Assembly: GCA_964419105.1 (NCBI GenBank)
Contig: CAYQOJ010000004.1
Location: 10,993-55,080, forward strand
DNA: 44,088 nucleotides
From: an uncultured Methylococcus sp.
Lineage (GTDB): Bacteria; Pseudomonadota; Gammaproteobacteria; Methylococcales; Methylococcaceae
Reading direction: 5' to 3'
Part shown: positions 37,122-44,088 of the stretch, in pieces
Layout of the letters: every line of letters begins with the position of its first letter
Numbering within the stretch: the first letter of the stretch is position 1
The notes under the pieces: generated by a model
What the model saw: only the letters and a program-made list of their open reading frames with translations
Database searches by the model: none
Told to the model about the DNA's origin: nothing
Program-made: the position numbers and the translations under genes

Positions 37122-37786
37122 TACTCAGCCACCATAGGTTTCGATGCGGTGGATACTTTTTGTGCAGCCTTTGCAGGTTTCTTTGCAGGAGCCTTTTTAA
37201 CTGCAGGTTTTGGTGTTTTTGGTCTTGCCCCATGAACTGGAGCAGGAGCAACTGGTGCAGTCTTTGGGGTTGCAACAGGTGCTGCCTCCCTAACAGACTC
37301 CATAGCCATGAGTGCTTTTGCAAACTCAATTGGCTCCACAAAGCCTCTGCCATCATCAGTCCATCCGTGGGTTTTACCCTTCCAGATTTCCCAGTGCAAA
37401 TGCTTCCCAGTTGATGCTCCGCTAGTACCCATTTTACCTAAAACTGTACCAGCCTCAACTTTATCACCAACTTTAACCTGAAGAGATCCCTTGAGCATAT
37501 GTGCATACAAAGATGTGTAGTAATCTCCACCAATCATATGACGAACGGTTACATAGTATCCAAAACCGTCTGGCTCTCCGTTAGACTTCTTCAGTTTAGA
37601 TGGTCCCGCATGAATTACAGTGCCCTTGTAGAATGACTCTACGTAGCACGGCTCTTTGCTAGACCATAGGTCGACACCATTATGGTGTCTTTTCTTTTTT
37701 GTTATTGGATGGACTCTCCAACCAAAAGGAGACGTGATCTTGAAATTTTTTCCAAGTTTCCCGTCTATCGGTAATTGAACTTTCAT
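37121..37786 (-). CDS. M23-family metallopeptidase (endolysin component) with polycationic tail
   Basis: The start at MKVQLPIDGK follows an AAGGAAAAAA RBS. HHNGVDLW gives HxxxD and GKHLHWEIW gives HxH. The C-terminal tail is PKTPKPAVKKAPAKKPAKAAQK. Confidence 0.8.
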   Translation of the reverse strand: MKVQLPIDGKLGKNFKITSPFGWRVHPITKKKRHHNGVDLWSSKEPCYVESFYKGTVIHAGPSKLKKSNGEPDGFGYYVTVRHMIGGDYYTSLYAHMLKGSLQVKVGDKVEAGTVLGKMGTSGASTGKHLHWEIWKGKTHGWTDDGRGFVEPIEFAKALMAMESVREAAPVATPKTAPVAPAPVHGARPKTPKPAVKKAPAKKPAKAAQKVSTASKPMVAE

Positions 37787-37793
37787 TTTTTCC

Positions 37794-38423
37794 TTACATA
37801 ACTTGCATAGGCTTACCACCACCAGCAGATTTCTTTGCTGGCTTCTTAGCAGCCTTTTTTGCTGGCTTTGGTGCCTCTGCCTTATTAAGCAGTGGCTGAC
37901 CCTCTTCACCAACATAAACAGGACGACCCCAACCAACGACACCGTTGATTAGTTTCTTCTTGTTATTCTTGACGTATGCACGTGTCTTTTCAACACACAT
38001 TCCGCCATTTCTCTGGTCACCCTTTGCGGTACCAGAAGTGTTACCCTCAATAACCTGAATGGTTCCGTCACCATTATTCTTAATACAGATTCCAACATGA
38101 GAGATTCTGTTGACCCCATCTTCAGGAAAATCAAAGTAGATCCAGTCTCCTGGTGTAGGGTCATCGTTACGAGCATCTGCCCATCGATTATTCTTTTTAA
38201 ACCAATCAGATGCAGCCACAGTCGACGCTGACTTTGGATACTTCTTTGGATTTAAACCTGCGGTGTGTGCACACCAAGACACAAAAGATTGGCACCATGG
38301 CTGGAAGTTTACACCAGTCCACTTACCATACTTTGTTTCATTATCTTTTGGACCCTCAATGGTTCCAACTTCTTTTTTGGCAACCTCAATGATTGATGCT
38401 ACCGTTCCTTTTGCTGCGTTCAT
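37794..38423 (-). CDS. CHAP-domain amidase/peptidase (endolysin component) with polycationic tail
   Basis: NFQPWCQSFVSWCAH holds the catalytic Cys region, followed by ISHVGICIK and IEGNTSG. The C-terminal tail is KPAKKAAKKPAKKSAGGGKP. A GGAGG RBS precedes it. Confidence 0.75.
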   Translation of the reverse strand: MNAAKGTVASIIEVAKKEVGTIEGPKDNETKYGKWTGVNFQPWCQSFVSWCAHTAGLNPKKYPKSASTVAASDWFKKNNRWADARNDDPTPGDWIYFDFPEDGVNRISHVGICIKNNGDGTIQVIEGNTSGTAKGDQRNGGMCVEKTRAYVKNNKKKLINGVVGWGRPVYVGEEGQPLLNKAEAPKPAKKAAKKPAKKSAGGGKPMQVM

Positions 38424-38481
38424 GCAACCTCCATTTGTTATTCCACCATAGTGGATATAACCTAATTATACCACCAGGAGT

Positions 38482-38571
38482 TTAGTAGATGTGTCCGTTA
38501 CTCTTTTTAATCTTACGGTACCTTTTTGGATTTTTTAAGATAAACCATATGAGTTTAATAGCCTTTATCAT
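38482..38571 (-). CDS. Possible 29-aa basic micro-protein
   Basis: MIKAIKLIWFILKNPKRYRKIKKSNGHIY, with an ATGA overlap to the upstream gene. It is the same length as the Met-2 form of 41749-41841 and about 30 percent identical to it. Confidence 0.35.
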   Translation of the reverse strand: MIKAIKLIWFILKNPKRYRKIKKSNGHIY

Positions 38572-39446
38572 TTTGTAGCCTCCTTGTAGAATTTATCAGA
38601 TATGAAGTGTGTCCAGCAGGTTCCTGGGTGTGCCCCATCCCTAGCCTCTTCCCAATAGGGGAGGTTGTCTGAGTTTGGGTAATATGGAGAATTGGACTTT
38701 CTGTAGGATGGATTTGCTGGTATAAAGGATGTGTCTGGATCCATTAAATTTTTAAAGCCTAAGTTTTTGTATGTATCGTAGTCAGTATTGTTCCAGGTTG
38801 TCCAAATTAATTTTATGCCAGCCTCCTCACAAAAATCTTCAAGACCAAAAATTAATGTTGTTGCCAGCAGAAGATTATCCTCTGCCTGATAATTTTTAGT
38901 GTATCGCTCCCTGTCCTTATCTTTGCTTCCAATAAATGAAGTGTTTACATATGCCTTAATGTACTCTTCTTGCTTTGGAGAATAGTAAATATTTCTTTGT
39001 ATGTCTGGAAAACATAACATTAAATACTTTGGCTTGCCATATTTTCTAATAAACGAATAAACATTTTTAATTATGTGGTGTATAGACTGACCCATATACC
39101 CCAAGTTATAAAAATCAGTTTCATTCCCAGATTCAGAAAATTTATTAGAAACAAGTCTTGGCCAAATATATTCCTCTGGCAACCCTTCACCAAACGTCCA
39201 AGAGCAACCAGAAAACAGTATAGTGGTTTTATCATTATCAAAATTATCAAAGTGCTTTGATCTAAATCCATGACCATTTATTCTGTAAAATACTGGTGGT
39301 CCATCAACCACAAACCCATGACCTATGTTTTCAGTTATATAATATCCAGAGGCACTAAGAAAACCTTCAGGTGGTAGGTTGGTTCTTGTGTCTAAATGAT
39401 CAAGACTATCATGCGATATAAAACCTCTTACATTATCCGAATACAT
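38568..39446 (-). CDS. SGNH/GDSL-like hydrolase-fold protein (paralog 2 of 3)
   Basis: GFRSKHF...TILFSGCSWTFGEGL, YFNLGYMGQS, KYGKPKYLML and EARDGAHPG (DxxH). Confidence 0.55.
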   Translation of the reverse strand: MYSDNVRGFISHDSLDHLDTRTNLPPEGFLSASGYYITENIGHGFVVDGPPVFYRINGHGFRSKHFDNFDNDKTTILFSGCSWTFGEGLPEEYIWPRLVSNKFSESGNETDFYNLGYMGQSIHHIIKNVYSFIRKYGKPKYLMLCFPDIQRNIYYSPKQEEYIKAYVNTSFIGSKDKDRERYTKNYQAEDNLLLATTLIFGLEDFCEEAGIKLIWTTWNNTDYDTYKNLGFKNLMDPDTSFIPANPSYRKSNSPYYPNSDNLPYWEEARDGAHPGTCWTHFISDKFYKEATK

Positions 39447-39449
39447 TTG

Positions 39450-40883
39450 CTACCTGCATATCTTAAAGTTGTATGTTTCTTCCCACAGCCTAATGTCGTG
39501 ATGATCGTTAACTAGTGGCTGACCTTTAACGTTTAGGCTTGTGTTAAGGAGAATAGGAACGCCAGTCTTTTCATAAAATTTCTTAAGAACTTCATATAGA
39601 CCAGGATGCTGATTGGCATTAACGGTCTGAACTCTAGAGGTTCCGTCATGATGCACTACAGATGGAATTAAGTCTGGCTTTAAACATCTTGGTGTGTATT
39701 GCATATATGGAGATGTGTAGTCCATATCAAACCACTCGCTTGCGTGCTCTTCCATAATAACTGGGGCAAATGGCCTAAACAATTCTCTTTTTTTAATTAG
39801 GTTGACCTTGTCTTTAATGTCTGGGTCTCTTGGGTCTGCCAAGATGCTTCTATTTCCTAACGCTCTTGGCCCATACTCAGCCCTTCCCGTAGCAACAGCG
39901 ACAATCTTATTAGCAAAAAGACCTTCAAGAATTTGATCTACTGGATATTGTCCACCAAGATCGTGACCCAGGTATGGACCTTCCCAATCAACATGTTTTC
40001 CATATAATGCAGCAGCAGCACCTAGTGATGAGCCTGCATCTCCTGGATTTGGCATAATCCATATCATATCAAAGATATCCCATAGCAGTGTATTGGCTGA
40101 TGCATTAAGAGCGCAACCACCCATAAAAACTAGGTTCTTCTTTCCAGTCTTATCTTTAGCATACTTCATAAACTCTATCATTCTACGCTCATACACCAAC
40201 TGTGCTGAGGCTGCAATATCAAATTTATCTTGTTCAGTTATTTCTAGTCCCCAGTCGTCAATGCCTTTATGAAAATTATACCTTTGTTCATTTATGCCTG
40301 GAAAATATCTATTTACTTTTTCAAGATATTTATTTGGGTCTCCATATGCAGCCATGCCCATCATAATATATTCTTCTTCGTTTGGTTTTAGCCCAACCAA
40401 CTGGGTAAAGGCAGAATAAAACAATCCGAAACTAAATGGGTAGTTGTGCTTTTCTATAGGGGTTATCTTGTCTCCAACACCAACCCATATCGTAGAAGTA
40501 TTCCATTCTCCTATTGCATCTAAAACAACAATAACTGCTTCGTTAAAGTTACTTGTATAGTACCCTGCTGCTGCGTGAGAGTAATGATGAGAGAAGTTTG
40601 TTCGTGGAATATTTCTTAGTTCCGTCTGCTCAAAGAATGGTTTTCCACCACCAAATCCACCAAAGAATTTAAGTCTAGTCTTTTTAAGCCATGGCTTTTC
40701 ATAGTATGCAATTTGATCTGGGTATCCATATCTTAGCAAATCATTCATGAGTGAGTGGTTATTAAACCAATCATTTTTTTCTTTACTGTATCTTTCTGAG
40801 TGCCCAGCAAAAAGAATTTTTCCATCTTCAATAAGTGTCATAGATGCGTCATGAGTTGTCTCATTTATACCTAGAATCTTCAC
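39450..40883 (-). CDS. NodU/CmcH-family carbamoyltransferase
   Basis: MKILGINETTHDASMTLIEDGKILFAGHSERYSKEKND is the typical N-terminus. Length (477 aa) and the GGCALNASANT and GDAGSSLGAA blocks fit the family. Confidence 0.85.
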   Translation of the reverse strand: MKILGINETTHDASMTLIEDGKILFAGHSERYSKEKNDWFNNHSLMNDLLRYGYPDQIAYYEKPWLKKTRLKFFGGFGGGKPFFEQTELRNIPRTNFSHHYSHAAAGYYTSNFNEAVIVVLDAIGEWNTSTIWVGVGDKITPIEKHNYPFSFGLFYSAFTQLVGLKPNEEEYIMMGMAAYGDPNKYLEKVNRYFPGINEQRYNFHKGIDDWGLEITEQDKFDIAASAQLVYERRMIEFMKYAKDKTGKKNLVFMGGCALNASANTLLWDIFDMIWIMPNPGDAGSSLGAAAALYGKHVDWEGPYLGHDLGGQYPVDQILEGLFANKIVAVATGRAEYGPRALGNRSILADPRDPDIKDKVNLIKKRELFRPFAPVIMEEHASEWFDMDYTSPYMQYTPRCLKPDLIPSVVHHDGTSRVQTVNANQHPGLYEVLKKFYEKTGVPILLNTSLNVKGQPLVNDHHDIRLWEETYNFKICR

Positions 40884-41748
40884 GATTTTTCTCCCATTCC
40901 TGTATTGCTACTTTAGACCAATATAAATTATACCCTAATCCGTAGTGACTTCCATCTCTAGCAATCACAAAATAATCTGTATTATCATTATTTAAATAAA
41001 GCCACTTCTGCATATCTTCTGATTTAATTGACACAAAAGTTTCAAAATTCATATTTTTGAAAAACTGCTGTACTGTCTCAAACCCACTATCAAAATTATC
41101 AGACTTCTCTATGTCCCAAGTAAAAGAAATTAAAAGAATGCCATTATCTTTGCAGTATTTTTCTAACATCATGTAGTAGTCATACATTACTAACCTGATA
41201 ACTTCATAATTTCCTTTATCATATTTTACTGTGCATGCAGTTTTTCTTATCGGATCAAACCCATAAAATCGTGACAACTCTGTCAGATGCAAGAAAATAA
41301 CATCTGGCTTTCCATAACTTTTAATATACTTATAGATATTTGATATCATGTCTAGGTTAGATCTTCCAGGCAAACCAAGATTAAAGTATCCAGAGCATGG
41401 AGTTATAGAATTAATATGGTTATAGACTATTTTTGACCACATCTCTTCTTTTTCCAATCCTTCTCCAAATGTATTTGAGTCACCCAGAAAAATAATATGA
41501 TATTTTTCATTGTGGTCATTAGTCAACTCATCTGACCTAAAACCAAGGGAATTAATCTTATCTGCATACGGTTTCCATCTTTTTAGGTGAGACTCTAGAA
41601 CAGTCTCAGACATGGTACCAGAAAATGCCAAAACTAAATCTTCATCAATTGCTGGAGTTATTTTTGCTCTATCATACGAAAGAGGACCCCAAGGACTATA
41701 CCTTACAGAATCCCCGTTGGTATCCTGATACTCAACTGGGGCAGGCAT
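40861..41748 (-). CDS. SGNH/GDSL-like hydrolase-fold protein (paralog 3 of 3; canonical GDS)
   Basis: GFRSDEL...HIIFLGDSNTFGEGL, YFNLGLPGRS, SYGKPDVIFL and IARDGSHYG. Confidence 0.6.
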   Translation of the reverse strand: MPAPVEYQDTNGDSVRYSPWGPLSYDRAKITPAIDEDLVLAFSGTMSETVLESHLKRWKPYADKINSLGFRSDELTNDHNEKYHIIFLGDSNTFGEGLEKEEMWSKIVYNHINSITPCSGYFNLGLPGRSNLDMISNIYKYIKSYGKPDVIFLHLTELSRFYGFDPIRKTACTVKYDKGNYEVIRLVMYDYYMMLEKYCKDNGILLISFTWDIEKSDNFDSGFETVQQFFKNMNFETFVSIKSEDMQKWLYLNNDNTDYFVIARDGSHYGLGYNLYWSKVAIQEWEKNREDSRYK

Positions 41749-41841
41749 TTAGTATATAAACTTTCTCTTCTTATCTATTTTTTTCATTTTTCTAATCCAG
41801 AAAAACATTTTAATATTAGTATAGATCTTTTTTATCATCAT
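41749..41841 (-). CDS. Possible 30-aa basic micro-protein
   Basis: MMIKKIYTNIKMFFWIRKMKKIDKKRKFIY. ATGA overlap upstream and TAAATG junction downstream. Confidence 0.35.
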   Translation of the reverse strand: MMIKKIYTNIKMFFWIRKMKKIDKKRKFIY

Positions 41842-42503
41842 GCTTCTCCAGTAGACTTAATGGGTGTATGCATATTGTGGTACCAATGTGGCATGGAATA
41901 TCTGGTGCCACTTTTAATTTCTGCAACCTCATGAACATACAAAAAGTTTGATGGGAAGTAGATGATGCTTCCAGCCTCTGGCTTAATAGAAATTCCAGAA
42001 TTTTGAAATATCATTTCTCCACCCTCATAGTCGTCGTTTAGATACATTACTGTAGAAAGAACTCTACTACTTACTCCATGATCTTGGTGTGCTGGCAGAT
42101 ACCCTCCCTTTTCATATCTTAGCAAGTGAATACTAAACTCTCTAGACTTAATGTTTTCCCCAGCAAATGGATAGATTTGTGTTGTGTAGTGTGCAGTTGC
42201 CCTATCTAAAGCATCATAGAGTCTTTTAGACACATACTTTCTTTCCTTTGCATAGTAGTCGTTATCTGATATGTCGTGCTCTTGTGGGAAGAATTTTTGC
42301 CAACAGAAGGTTTGCTTGTTCTCTCCATGTCCATATTCCCATGGAACCCAGTCAACTTCAGACGTGTAAGCGGAGCCATGCTCTTCCTTAGAAAATCTTT
42401 CATTGGTGTTATTGATAATATCAATAATTTCTTGTGGATTCTCTACAGCATTTTTATAATATACAAGGCCAAGGTCTAGTATTTCGTAGTCAAGTTCTTT
42501 CAT
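41838..42503 (-). CDS. Prolyl 4-hydroxylase-like 2OG-Fe(II) dioxygenase
   Basis: LPAHQDHG...STVMYLNDDYEGGEMIF...GSIIYFPSNFLYVHEVAEIKSGTRYSMPHW. Confidence 0.8.
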   Translation of the reverse strand: MKELDYEILDLGLVYYKNAVENPQEIIDIINNTNERFSKEEHGSAYTSEVDWVPWEYGHGENKQTFCWQKFFPQEHDISDNDYYAKERKYVSKRLYDALDRATAHYTTQIYPFAGENIKSREFSIHLLRYEKGGYLPAHQDHGVSSRVLSTVMYLNDDYEGGEMIFQNSGISIKPEAGSIIYFPSNFLYVHEVAEIKSGTRYSMPHWYHNMHTPIKSTGEA

Positions 42504-42509
42504 GTCTTC

Positions 42510-43115
42510 TCACTTCTCGTTATTCGGATGATCTTGTGCTGCCCACCTAGATGTCTCTTCTGCTGAATGAAAGTCTGGATCAGCAAAATTAGGAATACTT
42601 GTGTGCATATATAGTGCTGTATATCTGTGTCCACTTGTTACCGTTGTTATTCCATGGATATATTCAGAGCCAGCGCTTGGGAAAAATACAGCAGAATATT
42701 TTCTTGGCTTATATTCAAAATCTTGATTTGGGAAATAGATTACCCCACCCTCATAATCAGCGGGATCACTTAAATATATAATCGTGCTCCACTCAATAAA
42801 AGGTTCTGGATCTTGAGCATCTAAGTGTAGGCCACCCTTGGTTCCAGCAAGCCAGTGAGACCCAAACCCCTTAAATACGTATATTGGGTTGACGAATCCA
42901 TTCTGCTCTTTATGAACCTGATTAGACTTAAGCCCATACTTAATCATAATGTCCATAACCGTTTTATTGTATGGTAATGACGTACCGCCATATCTTTTGG
43001 CATAGTATTCTGGGTATGGATTTCTTTCAGCGTTTGGGTCATTCTGCTGATCGATTAGAGTCTGTGCATCCTCTGGTGTTATGAAGTTATCTATAATGTG
43101 TATTCTGTGTGTCAT
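42510..43115 (-). CDS. Prolyl 4-hydroxylase-like 2OG-Fe(II) dioxygenase
   Basis: GLHLDAQ...STIIYLSDPADYEGGVIYFP...SAVFFPSAGSEYIHGITTVTSGHRYTALYM. TATAAT (revcomp, 43122-43127) lies 6 nt upstream of the ATG. Confidence 0.75.
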   Translation of the reverse strand: MTHRIHIIDNFITPEDAQTLIDQQNDPNAERNPYPEYYAKRYGGTSLPYNKTVMDIMIKYGLKSNQVHKEQNGFVNPIYVFKGFGSHWLAGTKGGLHLDAQDPEPFIEWSTIIYLSDPADYEGGVIYFPNQDFEYKPRKYSAVFFPSAGSEYIHGITTVTSGHRYTALYMHTSIPNFADPDFHSAEETSRWAAQDHPNNEK

Positions 43116-43133
43116 AGTACTATTATACCCTAT

Positions 43134-43988
43134 CTAGTAAATTGCCTTTGTAACTGCAGCAAATTTTCTTGCATCAACTTGCTGAAATGCCATTTTGTTG
43201 GGGTCATATTCGACATCCTGGTTTGGGAATGGCAGCCTCTTTAGATCATGAATATTAATCTTGTGAAACTCTAAGAACTGGTCTGTGGTTCTAATACCCT
43301 CAGTTGTTCCAACACCAGCCCTAATAAGATCAATGGCGCTATTGTAGTTGTGGGTTATAGAGTATGGACAATATAATGTCTCAATTGGTCTAAGTTTATA
43401 ATCAGAATATATCCTTGTTGGAGCAGACCAGATGTCTATGCCACCTTTAAAGAACTTCAAACTGAGCAACTCTTCTTCTCCATGATATTTTATAAAGGTG
43501 GGGTATTGTGCATTTACAAAATGCTCTCTTTTGCCAAAAATAAAGTTTCTATCGACATACTGACTTAGGTTAAACCATTCTGAATCAAAGGATTGTATTC
43601 CCAAAAAATACTTATCCTTTTGAACCACACTTCTTTGCCCTGAGCCAGAAACGATTATGTCCCTGTTATCAATAAAAGATATTAATTCTTCATCCCATCC
43701 TGGACTTAACAAAATATCATCTGATACTATTGCCACATACTCTGACTGAACAAGGCTAATTTCATTTGCTTTATATGCACATGGGCTATCTATAAAGTCC
43801 CAAAAGATGTGTCTATAAAAAAATCTTTCAGACTCTGGCAAAATATTTTTACTACGTATTAGTGGGTGCTGATCAATTACTAAAACCGTAAAATCATTTT
43901 TAGTATTATTATTAATCGTATCAAGAACGTTCTTAAGGAATTTGCCTTTATAAGAATAAATAATTATAGATATGCTATTATTCGTCAT
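43134..43988 (-). CDS. Glycosyltransferase (GT-A fold, distant paralog of 27447-28478)
   Basis: ISIIIYSYKGKFLKNVLDTINNNT..FTVLVIDQ and VAIVSDDILLSPGWDEELI give a DxD-type motif followed by GWD. Confidence 0.55.
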   Translation of the reverse strand: MTNNSISIIIYSYKGKFLKNVLDTINNNTKNDFTVLVIDQHPLIRSKNILPESERFFYRHIFWDFIDSPCAYKANEISLVQSEYVAIVSDDILLSPGWDEELISFIDNRDIIVSGSGQRSVVQKDKYFLGIQSFDSEWFNLSQYVDRNFIFGKREHFVNAQYPTFIKYHGEEELLSLKFFKGGIDIWSAPTRIYSDYKLRPIETLYCPYSITHNYNSAIDLIRAGVGTTEGIRTTDQFLEFHKINIHDLKRLPFPNQDVEYDPNKMAFQQVDARKFAAVTKAIY

Positions 43989-44073
43989 CGTGGTTTACAT
44001 CCTCAGACCGTTTGCCTACCAATCCGAATAACTTTTTCCTCCATGCAGTTTTCTTATAGTATCCAAACAGCAT
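43978..44073 (-). CDS. Possible 31-aa basic micro-protein
   Basis: MLFGYYKKTAWRKKLFGLVGKRSEDVNHDDE. It overlaps the glycosyltransferase start by 11 nt. Confidence 0.3.
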   Translation of the reverse strand: MLFGYYKKTAWRKKLFGLVGKRSEDVNHDDE

Positions 44074-44088
44074 AGATCGTCTTGCCTC

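Noticed and set aside
36799-37414. Track ORFs 36799-37083 (-, full length), 37093-37356 (-) and 37112-37414 (+)
   Set aside because: They overlap the DUF2061-like gene and the M23 tail in other frames. Their compositions (Cys/Leu/Gln-rich) are by-products of the AKKP-tail repeat DNA. Only the last 40 codons of 36799-37083 are kept, as a low-confidence micro-ORF.
37949-38451. Track ORFs 37949-38176 (-), 38210-38392 (+) and 38263-38451 (+)
   Set aside because: They are alternative frames within or antisense to the CHAP-domain gene, which has clear catalytic motifs and an RBS.
23394-43115. Interpretation of the 2OG-Fe(II) oxygenases plus glycosyltransferases as a TET/JBP-type DNA base hypermodification pathway
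   Set aside because: The oxygenase cores (YLND..EGGE..F, short proteins of about 185-220 aa) look like P4H/2OG-FeII_Oxy_3 rather than TET/JBP. No DNA methyltransferase, dNMP kinase or hydroxymethylase partner is visible in this window. Clear protein substrates (collagen repeats) are present. This is not fully excluded without profile searches.

Overview
This AT-rich window looks like a dsDNA phage or prophage segment, most likely an actinobacteriophage. The host call rests on a WhiB-family gene and many TATAAT-N6-ATG leaderless-type starts. There are three blocks. (1) 1-5208, minus strand, is a fibre and virion module. It holds a Thr-rich, Cys-module fibre truncated at the window edge, two collagen-repeat (Gly-X-Y) fibre proteins and small beta-rich partners. 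(2) 5781-19623, mostly plus strand, has about 45 small early-type genes, with a short leftward operon at 7758-8698. Many are Cys-rich or very acidic. They are driven by a reiterated promoter family (TTGAYA-N17-TAnnnT with a conserved ATGTCAGMCCC spacer), often preceded by a GC-rich ACGGCGTGTCG element and interspersed with tandem DnaA-box-like pairs. A gene-poor iteron region follows at 19690-20650. (3) 21121-44088, mostly minus strand, is an accessory and lysis island. It encodes six 2OG-Fe(II)/cupin-type oxygenases (four P4H-like), two Gnt1/GT60-like glycosyltransferases and a NodU/CmcH carbamoyltransferase. It also has three SGNH-like paralogs, a sulfotransferase-like protein, an APS-kinase/nucleotidyltransferase fusion and two DUF2061-like membrane proteins. 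Housekeeping-type genes here are GroES, NrdH, tRNA-Arg(UCU), WhiB, an SNase-type nuclease, an HNH nuclease and a CHAP plus M23 endolysin pair. The most interesting hypothesis is a phage-encoded protein modification toolkit (prolyl hydroxylation, glycosylation, carbamoylation or acylation, sulfation) aimed at the collagen-like and Thr-rich virion fibres. All functional calls come from motif recognition by eye; no database search was run.
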